Source: Candidatus Levyibacteriota bacterium
GTDB taxonomy: Bacteria; Patescibacteriota; Microgenomatia; Levybacterales; UBA12049
Length of the DNA: 64,000 nucleotides
Direction: 5' to 3'
Assembly: GCA_016199085.1 (NCBI GenBank)
Contig: JACQHJ010000002.1
Coordinates: 122,622-186,621 of the forward strand
The position numbers and the translations under genes were made by a program. Positions 48,620 to 57,251 of this stretch are shown in pieces (position 1 is the stretch's first letter; each line of letters opens with the position of its first letter). The notes under the pieces were generated by a model. That model was given only the letters and a program-made list of their open reading frames with translations, was not told the origin of the DNA and made no database searches.

Positions 48620-49453
48620 TCACAGGTTTTTTAGAAAATCAAGTGTTTTTTGCTGTCTTATAATACTTGCAAGTAAATATCTGTTTTGTTCAAGGTTTTT
48701 CCTTTCCTCAGGAGTCTTTGCGCTTTCGACAGCTTCAGTTATTTCTTTTTCTTCAACAGTTATGCTCTCATCTTTTGCAATCTGTTGCAGTATAAATTCA
48801 AGTTTTACGTCTCCCTCGGCCTTTGTCTTATAGCCTTCTCTAAGACTTTCAATAGTTTTGCCTGTTGAAGCAAGGTACTGATCTAGGGTAAGTCCCAATC
48901 TTTTTATTTCATCCAAAGTTTGAGCAAGCAATTTTTCAACCTCCTGCTCTAATATAACGGAGGGAACAGTCAATTTGATACTAGCTAAAAGAGCTTTGGC
49001 TATTTCGTCAAAGCTAACAGGTTGTGGCTCTTTTCCAGGGACGACGATTTTTGCTTTGGCTGTTACTTTTTTAATCTCTTCTTTATAGTTTCCAAGGTCA
49101 ATTTTAGGCATCTCGCACGTTTGGGCACTAAATTCCCAATCCTTTTCATCATCAAGTTTTGAAACGTGAATTTTAGGAGAAATGATCGGAGTTACTTTGT
49201 GTTCCTTAACAGCCTGGGCATAAGCTTGAGGTAAAAGTTTTCTTAAGACGTCCTCTTTGATATGTCCTTTGTCCAAAGATTCTTCAACGAGTTTTCTTGG
49301 AGCTTTGCCTTTTCTAAAGCCAGGCATAGTTTCGTCTTTGACGTGTTCTTCAATAACCTCTTCCCTCGTCTTTTTGACAAGGCTCCAGGGTAAAACTACG
49401 GTTATATCTATTGTTCCGTCTTCCTCTTTTTTAACTTCTGTTTTTATATCCAT
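48620..49453 (-). CDS. tig: Trigger factor, short form without a recognisable PPIase domain.
   Basis: GFRKGKAP signature in the N-domain plus C-terminal arms. About 278 aa from ATG 49453. Confidence 0.75.
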   Translation of the reverse strand: MDIKTEVKKEEDGTIDITVVLPWSLVKKTREEVIEEHVKDETMPGFRKGKAPRKLVEESLDKGHIKEDVLRKLLPQAYAQAVKEHKVTPIISPKIHVSKLDDEKDWEFSAQTCEMPKIDLGNYKEEIKKVTAKAKIVVPGKEPQPVSFDEIAKALLASIKLTVPSVILEQEVEKLLAQTLDEIKRLGLTLDQYLASTGKTIESLREGYKTKAEGDVKLEFILQQIAKDESITVEEKEITEAVESAKTPEERKNLEQNRYLLASIIRQQKTLDFLKNL

Positions 49454-49458
49454 ATTTT

Positions 49459-49546
49459 TGGTGCGGACGAAGGGACTTGAACCCCCACAGCCTTTGACGG
49501 CCACAAGGTCCTAAACCTTGCGTGTCTACCATTTCACCACGTCCGC
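49459..49546 (-). tRNA. tRNA-Leu (anticodon TAG).
   Basis: 88 nt. Long variable arm. Anticodon loop TTTAGGA. Encoded CCA. Confidence 0.85.
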
Positions 49547-49569
49547 AAGGCAAGGCTATTATATCCTAT

Positions 49570-50127
49570 TTAGAAGGAAAGGGAAAGCATATTTTTCGTG
49601 TCTCTTAAAGCAAAAGCCTGGATGTTTTCCATAAATCTTTCTACCCTAACAGCCCACGTAGGTGAAGCTGCATAGACAGATCCGATTTCGTAAACGTTTT
49701 TCTTTCCCCACTTGTCCATGTATTTTTCCCTAAGTCCCTGGGAGATTGTGGTGATACCTTCTTTCCAAGAGCCAAATCTGATTACGTTATCTCCATATAC
49801 TCCCCAACCCCATGCGTTATATGAGTTATAAGGAATTGCGTTTCCAAAGCTAGATTCAAGGCCTGCGATAGCAGCCACAAATCTCCAGTCAAGGTCGTAT
49901 TTATCAGCTTCCCTGACGAAATCCTCGGCGTTATCAGCCATAGGAGAGTTTTTGTCTTTTAAGTATTCTCTTAAGATTTTAACTCTTGCAGTATATTCGC
50001 TGTCAGGCTGTACAAAGACAGACTGAATTTCCGCAGATGAAGCAGAAGCCTTTTCCTGGGCATAGAAAGCCTTTGGAAAAGAAATTATGAGGGTTAAAAT
50101 TAAAACAAAAATTAGTTTGTTTTTCAT
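49570..50127 (-). CDS. Secreted lysozyme-like (SLT/glucosaminidase-like) protein, paralog 1.
   Basis: Signal peptide MKNKLIFVLILTLII. FVAAIAGLESSFGN...NAWGWGVYG resembles the SLT ES...G..G core. Confidence 0.45.
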   Translation of the reverse strand: MKNKLIFVLILTLIISFPKAFYAQEKASASSAEIQSVFVQPDSEYTARVKILREYLKDKNSPMADNAEDFVREADKYDLDWRFVAAIAGLESSFGNAIPYNSYNAWGWGVYGDNVIRFGSWKEGITTISQGLREKYMDKWGKKNVYEIGSVYAASPTWAVRVERFMENIQAFALRDTKNMLSLSF

Positions 50128-50157
50128 AAAAAAAGGTTTGGCAAAAATTACCAAACC
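50128..50157 (-). terminator. Intrinsic terminator-like hairpin between the two paralogs.
   Basis: GGTTTGG-9 nt loop-CCAAACC with A/T runs on both sides. U7 on the - strand. Confidence 0.45.
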
Positions 50158-50249
50158 ATAAAAAAATCCTAACGTATGTATTTGGAAGGACATACCTTAG
50201 GATCTAGGACGAACTATACCATATAACTATAGGTTTGTCAAGTGGTAAA

Positions 50250-50831
50250 CTATAGGTTGAAGCTAAGTCTAGCCATGTAGCCAGAGACTCCCTCTGCCCA
50301 CGTGCCTTTGGATACGGGGTTATATTTGCTCATTATTTCTTCGGGTGTTTCAAGGCCAATGGCCTTGTATTTTGTGGCTAGGCCTTTTGTAACGGTTTCT
50401 ATGGCATCATTGTAGTTGTCAAACCTAGTTACTTTACCCCCATAGATTCCATATCCCCAGCAGTTATGCGAGTCTTTGGGTGCTTTTTTACAAAGGGTTG
50501 ATTCCTGCATGGCAATAGCCGGAATTAGCCTGTAATCGAGATCGTATTTGTCGGCTGTGGCAACTATTTCATCGGCAAATGGGGTTAATACGGATTTGTA
50601 GTATGAGAGAAAGTCTTCAACGGCTTCTACCCTTGCGTCAACGCCTTTGGGCTCTAGAAAAATAGCTTCATTTCTGTTGGGTAAGGCTGCATAGGCCACT
50701 CTTGGCTGTTTTTCAAGGGAAAAAATAAGACTTCCTTTTTGGTATGAAATAAAGGTGAGGAAAGAAAAGGCGAGAAGCAAAGTCAGCGGTGCTAAAAAGG
50801 AAAACGAAGTGAGCAGGAATATCTTCCTCAT
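50250..50831 (-). CDS. Secreted lysozyme-like protein, paralog 2.
   Basis: Signal peptide. ADKYDLDYRLIPAIAMQES...NCWGYGIYGG is parallel to paralog 1. Confidence 0.45.
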   Translation of the reverse strand: MRKIFLLTSFSFLAPLTLLLAFSFLTFISYQKGSLIFSLEKQPRVAYAALPNRNEAIFLEPKGVDARVEAVEDFLSYYKSVLTPFADEIVATADKYDLDYRLIPAIAMQESTLCKKAPKDSHNCWGYGIYGGKVTRFDNYNDAIETVTKGLATKYKAIGLETPEEIMSKYNPVSKGTWAEGVSGYMARLSFNL

Positions 50832-50883
50832 GAATATTAAGATTGGCAGATTTTAGGCAGTTTGTCAAGTTTTTGAGGCTAAT

Positions 50884-50956
50884 CTGAGCGGGCGAAGGGA
50901 ATCGAACCCTCTACCTTCTCCTTGGCAAGGAGACATTCTAACCGATGAACTACGCC
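50884..50956 (-). tRNA. tRNA-Gly (anticodon GCC).
   Basis: 73 nt. Anticodon loop TTGCCAA. GGTTCGATTCC T-arm. Discriminator U. Confidence 0.85.
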
Positions 50957-51043
50957 CGCTTGGAGTTGAGTATATCAAAAATTGTTATCAGGCTCAATAA
51001 AGAAATGTTTTAAAGAAACTTTCGTTCTATGTGAAGAAAGGAA

Positions 51044-51229
51044 GTGAGAAAAATGGCCAAATACGGTAAAAAAGCCCAGGAAAAAATCAAGAAAGCAATG
51101 CATGAGTATAAGAGAGGAAAGCTTACAATTGGTACAAAAGGAGGAAGGGTAAAAAGCCGAAAGCAGGCTATAGCAATAGGTCTTTCAGAGGCAAGAGAGG
51201 CTGGTGCAAAAGTGCCGAGGAAAGGATAA
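51044..51229 (+). CDS. Small basic hypothetical protein.
   Basis: 61 aa. KKAQEKIKKAMHEYKRGKL...GGRVKSRKQAIAIGLSEAR. Confidence 0.35.
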   Translation: MRKMAKYGKKAQEKIKKAMHEYKRGKLTIGTKGGRVKSRKQAIAIGLSEAREAGAKVPRKG

Positions 51230-51231
51230 GA

Positions 51232-51660
51232 TTATCCATGCTGCGGTAACTGGATAGCGTTGTTTGCCATACGGGCTGCCATCTTTAGGGCATACCCGGC
51301 ACGAACCCTTTTAGTAAAGGGTGTCATTCTGCCCTTTTGGAGTCTGTAGGCGTCAATTTGTTCATCGGGAGACGGGAGAACCAAAAATGCCCTATTGGGC
51401 CTAGTGATTATAACTGCAAAATCAAGAAATGGTCCAAGATGAGCAAGCATTCCTCTTCCCGTAGTTTCAGTAGTTTGGCCGCTTGTATCTCTTCTTATGC
51501 CGCCTCTTTCCCACAAAACAACAGCTCTAGCTCCATCCCTATCTCTATCTATCCTTGCATCTCCACCTGTTTGAGCGGCAATCTCAGCAAGTTTTTCGTC
51601 TGATGTCTCTCTTAAGAATCTTATAAAAGGCCTACCCTCTTTTGATCTAGTAAGGTGCAT
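51232..51660 (-). CDS. Hypothetical protein; higher GC.
   Basis: 142 aa. Arg/Gly/Asp-rich. No recognised family. Confidence 0.35.
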   Translation of the reverse strand: MHLTRSKEGRPFIRFLRETSDEKLAEIAAQTGGDARIDRDRDGARAVVLWERGGIRRDTSGQTTETTGRGMLAHLGPFLDFAVIITRPNRAFLVLPSPDEQIDAYRLQKGRMTPFTKRVRAGYALKMAARMANNAIQLPQHG

Positions 51661-51710
51661 ATACTTAGGAGAATATTTTACTCTTTGCTAGCTCATGTGT
51701 CAATTTTTTG

Positions 51711-51783
51711 TGCTGAGACCAGGAATCGAACCCGGATAAAACGCTCTTCAGGCGTCCGCCTTGACCAACTTGGCTATCTCAGC
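51711..51783 (-). tRNA. tRNA-Phe (anticodon GAA).
   Basis: 73 nt. Anticodon loop CTGAAGA. GGTTCGATTCC T-arm. Confidence 0.85.
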
Positions 51784-51810
51784 TCGCTTTACATTATACA
51801 ACACTTGTTG

Positions 51811-51885
51811 TGGACGCTTAGGGATTCGAACCCCAGACCTCCTCAGTGTAAATGAGGCGCTCTAAACCAACTGAGCTAAGCGTCC
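51811..51885 (-). tRNA. tRNA-Val (anticodon TAC).
   Basis: 75 nt. Anticodon loop TTTACAC. GGTTCGAATCC T-arm. Confidence 0.85.
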
Positions 51886-51920
51886 TTTTGCATATCAATT
51901 TTAGCAAAAATACGCTTGTC

Positions 51921-52862
51921 TTACAAATTACCAGCCTTTGGGGATTTTGAGGCAGATTTATGCTTATTCTCCTTGGTTACCATATATGCTACAAAAACAA
52001 GGACAATTACCCCCAAAATCTGAGTTAGGGTTAAAACCTTGTGATATAAAAAGTAATCGATAAATATAGCTGCAGCCGGAAAAGCAAGCTCCAGGATTGA
52101 GGATATCTTGGCTTCTACCCGTTTTAGACCGTAATAATAGATGGCCAAGGCAAGCATTCCGGTTGAAAACGTTATTATAAGAAGTATTCTTATCTGCTCA
52201 AAAGTTAAAGTAAACAAAGCTTGTGTCTGTCCTTGTAAAGAAATAAATAAAAGAGCAAAGAGCGGTGCAAAGAAAAACCTCTGTGCAGTAGCAGTTAGGA
52301 AATTAACTCTTTTTAAGACAAATTTACTTATTGCAGTCGATGTTCCCCACATAAAGCCTGCTCCGATTGCAAGCGCTGCAGCCATGATTGTTCCTGTACC
52401 GGTATCCAGATTGACGTTTAAATCCTTGAAGGTTACAAAATAGACGGAAACCAAAGCAACTGCTGCCAAAGCCAAAAATCTCTTGGTTATTTTTTCTCTT
52501 AGAAGAATTGCTGCTGCGGCTATTGCCCAAAGAGGCTGAAGCTGTTGTTGAAGTAAGACTACAACTGAGAAAGGCAGATAATTAACCTGCTGTAAGGCTG
52601 AAGTATAAAAGATTGTTCCCAAAGCTCCTGAAAAAAGAGAAACTGCAAGAATGGCGATCCATTCTCTTTTAGTCATTTTCTTCAAATCCCCTAGCCATTT
52701 AAAGGAGATAAAAAGCAAAACAATAAAGCCGAAGAAATGTTCATAAAAAACAATAACTGCTGGGGGAAGAGAATAAAGACTGATACGTAAAACCCCGTCT
52801 AGTGCCCAAAGAATTGCGGCAATAACTATAAAGATAGGACCAAGACTAAGCAATTTTTTCAT
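51921..52862 (-). CDS. EamA/DMT-family transporter.
   Basis: Ten TM helices in two EamA-like repeats. 313 aa. Confidence 0.8.
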   Translation of the reverse strand: MKKLLSLGPIFIVIAAILWALDGVLRISLYSLPPAVIVFYEHFFGFIVLLFISFKWLGDLKKMTKREWIAILAVSLFSGALGTIFYTSALQQVNYLPFSVVVLLQQQLQPLWAIAAAAILLREKITKRFLALAAVALVSVYFVTFKDLNVNLDTGTGTIMAAALAIGAGFMWGTSTAISKFVLKRVNFLTATAQRFFFAPLFALLFISLQGQTQALFTLTFEQIRILLIITFSTGMLALAIYYYGLKRVEAKISSILELAFPAAAIFIDYFLYHKVLTLTQILGVIVLVFVAYMVTKENKHKSASKSPKAGNL

Positions 52863-52884
52863 AAAAAATACCCCCTTCGGGGTA
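52863..52884 (-). terminator. Terminator-like hairpin abutting the EamA start codon.
   Basis: TACCCC-CTTC-GGGGTA plus a U6 run on the - strand. Lies immediately 5' of ATG 52862, downstream of the two tRNA-Leu genes. Confidence 0.45.
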
Positions 52885-53073
52885 CAACATACAAAATAGG
52901 AAAACCTATTTTAATAAGTTTATTCTTTCTTTCATCCCGACTTTACGGTCGCTGTCTTAGTTTCAAAGACTCATGCTGTAAATTACAGCTCGTAGAGTTT
53001 ACTACCGATTTTGACTTACACAAAACCCCGAAAGAATAAATAGAGGATATTATATTTAAAGGAGGTTTGTCAA

Positions 53074-53160
53074 TGGTGCGGATGAGAGGACTCGAACCTC
53101 CACGCTTTTTAGGGCACAGCCACCTCAAGGCTGCGTGTATGCCAGTTTCACCACATCCGC
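53074..53160 (-). tRNA. tRNA-Leu (anticodon GAG).
   Basis: 87 nt. Long variable arm. Anticodon loop TTGAGGT. Encoded CCA. Confidence 0.85.
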
Positions 53161-53190
53161 AAAGCCTAACTATATTTTATCACAAATTTG

Positions 53191-53274
53191 TGCCCAGAGG
53201 GAGAGTCGAACTCCCACGTCCTTTAGGGACACAGCGTCCTGAACGCTGCGTGTCTACCATTTCACCACCTGGGC
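53191..53274 (-). tRNA. tRNA-Leu (anticodon CAG).
   Basis: 84 nt. Long variable arm. Anticodon loop TTCAGGA. Confidence 0.85.
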
Positions 53275-53335
53275 TGACAGCTAAATTATAGCAGAGAAGC
53301 TTGACATATAAAAACCAATAACGTTTAATATATAT

Positions 53336-53764
53336 ATGGACCCAAACTTACAAGCACCTGCTCAAGAGGTCGTTGTGCCGGTAATGCCTCCACAACCTGT
53401 TTCTCAACCAGCGCAGCCTCCTGTAGGTACAGAACCTGATGCTGCCCCACCACCTCCAAAAGGAAACAAAAAAATGCTGACGATTTTTGCAGTATTATTT
53501 ATCCTGGTTTTAATTATTGTTACGGCAGTTTTGTATTTTATGACAGTTTCTAAAACCCAAAGTACACAGAGTCAGGTAAATGAGATTATAGAACTGTCGC
53601 CAACCACGACTCCTACACCGACCCCCGAAATTAATCCGGCAGATACATCGAACAACACATTGGATCAGGATTCGACAGTGCTTGAGCAAAATATTAACAA
53701 CTTAGACTCTGATGCAGCCAGTATTGACAGTAGTTTTACAGACCAGCAGACAAACTTAAACTAA
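53336..53764 (+). CDS. Pro-rich membrane-anchored hypothetical protein.
   Basis: Pro-rich N-terminus, one TM helix, Thr/Pro linker TTTPTPTPE. Confidence 0.4.
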   Translation: MDPNLQAPAQEVVVPVMPPQPVSQPAQPPVGTEPDAAPPPPKGNKKMLTIFAVLFILVLIIVTAVLYFMTVSKTQSTQSQVNEIIELSPTTTPTPTPEINPADTSNNTLDQDSTVLEQNINNLDSDAASIDSSFTDQQTNLN

Positions 53765-53765
53765 T

Positions 53766-54551
53766 ATGAAAATACTTTCTATAATAATTGCTTTTACATT
53801 GCTCTTCGTTTTTACCTCTTCTTCTTTTGCCCAAGGAACAAGTCTCAATAACAGCCTAAGAAAAGCTTCTAACTCTGCCCAGAAAGAAGCCGCTATGACA
53901 AAAACCCAAGAAACTAGAATGGAAAACCTAAGGGAAAGAGCATATAAAGAAATTGACAGAAGGATAGCGTCTTTGGAAAAACTCATTGGTAGGCTTTCTC
54001 AAATGAAAAGACTGTCACAAGATCAAATTGATGGATATAAAGATGAGATTGGGATTAATATAGAAGGATTAACAGCACTTAGGGGAAAAATTGCTTCGGA
54101 CACCGATCTTACAACTTTGCAGGCAGATGTCAAATTAATAGTTTCAGGCTATAGAATCTATGCGTTTTTCATTCAATACATAAACCTAAATGCCGCTTTT
54201 GACAGGGCTTACACCGTATATAACAACATAAATACTGTCTATGCAAAGCTTGCTGCACGAATTGACGAGGCAAAGGCAAACGGAGAAGATGTAACTATTT
54301 TGACGACCTACTTAACGGATATGAATACAAAACTGACAGATGCAAAATCGCTTCTTGATAGTGGCCTAGCAGAACTTTCCGGTCTTTCTGCCTCGGGTTA
54401 TCCGGATAACAAAGCAAATCTTGAGAGTGCAAGAACAAAGTTAAGGACAATACATCAGGATATTAAGGCTGCTTATCAATTGGCAAGAAAAATAATCCAA
54501 GGGCTTAAAGCTTTTAATAAAAATACAACTCCACAAGTTACTGTTCAGTAA
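53766..54551 (+). CDS. Secreted alpha-helical hypothetical protein.
   Basis: Signal peptide ending SSSFAQG. Coiled-coil-like content. Confidence 0.4.
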   Translation: MKILSIIIAFTLLFVFTSSSFAQGTSLNNSLRKASNSAQKEAAMTKTQETRMENLRERAYKEIDRRIASLEKLIGRLSQMKRLSQDQIDGYKDEIGINIEGLTALRGKIASDTDLTTLQADVKLIVSGYRIYAFFIQYINLNAAFDRAYTVYNNINTVYAKLAARIDEAKANGEDVTILTTYLTDMNTKLTDAKSLLDSGLAELSGLSASGYPDNKANLESARTKLRTIHQDIKAAYQLARKIIQGLKAFNKNTTPQVTVQ

Positions 54552-54554
54552 TTT

Positions 54555-55751
54555 CTATTTTCCTACAAGTACAATTGCATTTGGAATATCTCTTCCAGGT
54601 CCAACTTTGTAGCCTCCGCTGTAAAGAGCTGTTGAGCCACCGCTATCCAAATTTAAGGCATTTTTAATACCCATTGTAGAAAGAACTCTTGCCATTTGTG
54701 CCGCATTGACGCTGTGGACGACTCCTATATAAATAGTTGATCCGGTTGAGCCAACAAAACTTCTGGAGCCTGTTCCTGCTCTTTTTACCTCATCATCTCC
54801 TCCGAATACGACGTTACCGTCTAATACTAAAAGAGGTTGGTTGGCAATTACGCCGTCCACGCCCGTATCTCTTCCCCACTGAAGAGATTGGGAAACAAAT
54901 CTTGCAAAATTTCCTGAAAAGATAACAGCAGGAACGCTGCTATAGACATTGTTTGAAGAATTAAAATAAACTTTATTCCTATTCATTAAAAGAGTATCGA
55001 ATGAATTTGTTTTGCCCACGCACGAGGGATAGGCTGCAGGACAAAAATACGATCCGTTCACTCCTGCAAATCCCCCGTTTCTTGAAACATAGGTCGATAA
55101 AGAAAGAACTGGGCAGTTGTTTGAACAGTCTGCCTCAGAAGCCGTATCAACGATAACCCTGGTTGAGTTTAAATCTGCAGCTACGATGTCTACGATATAT
55201 TCACCAAAATCTGTTTTAACTTTCTGACGGCTAAATCCCGATCCGGGCGGAGTGTTATTAATCGCAACGTTTTGAGGAGCGGGAACGGAAATCTTAACAA
55301 GTGTCGTGTTTTGTTTTTGGATTAAAGTATTTAGAGAGATTACGCTGGCAGAGGCAGAAGAATAGTTATTATCAGAAAGATAATTTAGGGTTTTTGCAAA
55401 AAGCTCGTCTATCTCATCGGTATCTGCTTTTGCATCTTTTAGATCGACTATATCTTCATAGGCCAAAACGAGTTTTTTGTATTCATCGTGTATGTTTTTT
55501 ATCTCCTGCTCAAGTTTTTTGTTTTTTACGACCTGATCCTGCGTTTCAAGCGTTGTCAACGCCTTTTGGGTATTTGTTAATTTTTGGGATAATCTTTCAT
55601 TTTGAAAAGTATAGTCTTTAACCCTAAGACCAAGGTAGAGGTTTGCAATGATTGAAACAACAATGATAAAAATTCCAAAAGCTAGAAAGGGATTTATTTT
55701 TCCTTTTGGGATTTTTAATTTTTCTAAAAATGCAGGCAGTTTGGAAAACAT
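54555..55751 (-). CDS. Membrane-anchored phosphodiester glycosidase-family protein.
   Basis: N-terminal TM helix plus coiled coil. C-terminal NLDSGGSTALY motif typical of the NAGPA/phosphodiester glycosidase domain. Confidence 0.6.
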   Translation of the reverse strand: MFSKLPAFLEKLKIPKGKINPFLAFGIFIIVVSIIANLYLGLRVKDYTFQNERLSQKLTNTQKALTTLETQDQVVKNKKLEQEIKNIHDEYKKLVLAYEDIVDLKDAKADTDEIDELFAKTLNYLSDNNYSSASASVISLNTLIQKQNTTLVKISVPAPQNVAINNTPPGSGFSRQKVKTDFGEYIVDIVAADLNSTRVIVDTASEADCSNNCPVLSLSTYVSRNGGFAGVNGSYFCPAAYPSCVGKTNSFDTLLMNRNKVYFNSSNNVYSSVPAVIFSGNFARFVSQSLQWGRDTGVDGVIANQPLLVLDGNVVFGGDDEVKRAGTGSRSFVGSTGSTIYIGVVHSVNAAQMARVLSTMGIKNALNLDSGGSTALYSGGYKVGPGRDIPNAIVLVGK

Positions 55752-55780
55752 CAGTATTTATAAATTATATTAAAAAAGAT

Positions 55781-56164
55781 TTAAGTTTGTTCTACGAGTT
55801 TTTTTAAAGGAAGCATATAATAATCGCCCCAGCCCTGTTCTATGTCTTTTACTTCTTTATCCGGTACATCTGTATGAATTAATTCAACAACAGTTTTACC
55901 GTTTGCGGTTTTTAGATTGAATGTAACAATCGAGGGCTTGTCCCAATCTCCCCCAAACCACTCTTGGGTAAGCAATTTTTCTTTAATAACTTTTATGTTT
56001 TTGCCAAAAACATCTCCTCCCCAAAGTTTAAATTCAAATCCTTCCTCGTCATTCATTCTTGATGGTCCCCCGCCCCATTTATTAATTGAGTCGGGATTAA
56101 TAAGTCCGTCCCAGACCTTATCAATTGGGGCATTTATTTCATAAAACTTCTTAATAAATTTCAT
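55781..56164 (-). CDS. SRPBCC/AHSA1-like small protein.
   Basis: 127 aa. INAPIDKVWDGL...WGG pattern of Aha1/START-like domains. Confidence 0.65.
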   Translation of the reverse strand: MKFIKKFYEINAPIDKVWDGLINPDSINKWGGGPSRMNDEEGFEFKLWGGDVFGKNIKVIKEKLLTQEWFGGDWDKPSIVTFNLKTANGKTVVELIHTDVPDKEVKDIEQGWGDYYMLPLKKLVEQT

Positions 56165-56177
56165 ATATTTATTAATC

Positions 56178-57151
56178 TTAACTTACTTCTTCGAAATATG
56201 GAAGTATCGGCGTTTTTGTACCGAGTTCATTAAGTTTCTTTGACTTTAAAAGTCTTTTTTGAAAACTTTTGTCAATTTCACCCAATGTCCAAAGCTTTTC
56301 TTTTTCCAAAAACTGGGGATCAACTCTTCTAAACTTTCTTTTCTGCCTAACTTTGCTTAATGGAAAATTCTTAAGGGATTTATTAGTCAGTATCTTAAGA
56401 GTTTTTGAAATTTTTTCGTCTTTGGATTTCTCTAGTCTTTCAATAATGTATTTATCGTATTTATCAAAGTCAGAAAATTTGATAATTTTTTTATCCATGG
56501 CATATTTTAGAAGATTTGCAAAAATAAACCATCTTGAGTTTGCCTCAAAACTACCCCAATGGAGTTTTTGAAGATCTAAGAATTTAAAAGCAAAGATCTT
56601 TGCGGCTTTCTTGTTTTTGAAAACAATTTTTCCGTCAAAAACTGTTAGGTTGTTGAGGCAAAATTTTGCGTTCCTTTTAGGAAATTCTCTTAAAGAATAA
56701 TCCACTCTGTCTGCACAAAGCATAGGAAGCTCTCTTCTAAAAGTCCGAAGTGTTTATACTCAAAGATTTCTTGTGGCTTGTAGCTATATTTTTTTAAAAT
56801 TTTGGCAAGAGCGTTCGACTTAATAAAGCTTTTGTGTCTTTCGTCTTGATAGCTTTCATCTCCACCCGCATTTCCGATTACCCAATCAATAAGATGAGAA
56901 AAGGCGGTGTGAGATACGTCATGCAAAAGCCCTGCAATTTGTTCTTTCTCACTTGCTCCGAGTTTTCTTAAAAGAAGCATTACGCCCACACTATGTTCAA
57001 AGCGCGTTATGTTTTTTACGAAATAGTATTTATCAGGAATTGCAAACTGGGCAATCTTTTTAAGCCGTTGCACTGGGACTGATTTAATAAGTTCAATTAA
57101 AACTTTAGAATCTATTTTTTGTCTCCCATAGACTGGATCATTAATCAGCAT
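56178..57151 (-). pseudogene. HD-domain dNTP triphosphohydrolase-like gene split by a frameshift into two ORFs.
   Basis: The N-terminal ORF carries H..GV...LLHDVSHTAFSH. The C-terminal ORF carries LCADRVDYSLRE. The two overlap in different frames at 56690-56723. Confidence 0.55.
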
Positions 57152-57251
57152 ATATTAAAACTTAAATATGTTGTTTGAATATAACAAAATAAAAATACCG
57201 ACTCAAGAGGAAATATGTTATATTAAAACACAACCCTCGTTTTATTAGTAA

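Noticed and set aside
41271-49546. Genomic island bounded by tRNA-Val and tRNA-Leu
   Set aside because: The 3' side of tRNA-Leu abuts trigger factor, a housekeeping gene. No integrase or direct repeat of a tRNA 3' end was found. Only compositional oddities of some ORFs remain.
53067-53291. 74-aa + strand ORF
   Set aside because: It overlaps two well-formed tRNA-Leu genes on the opposite strand.
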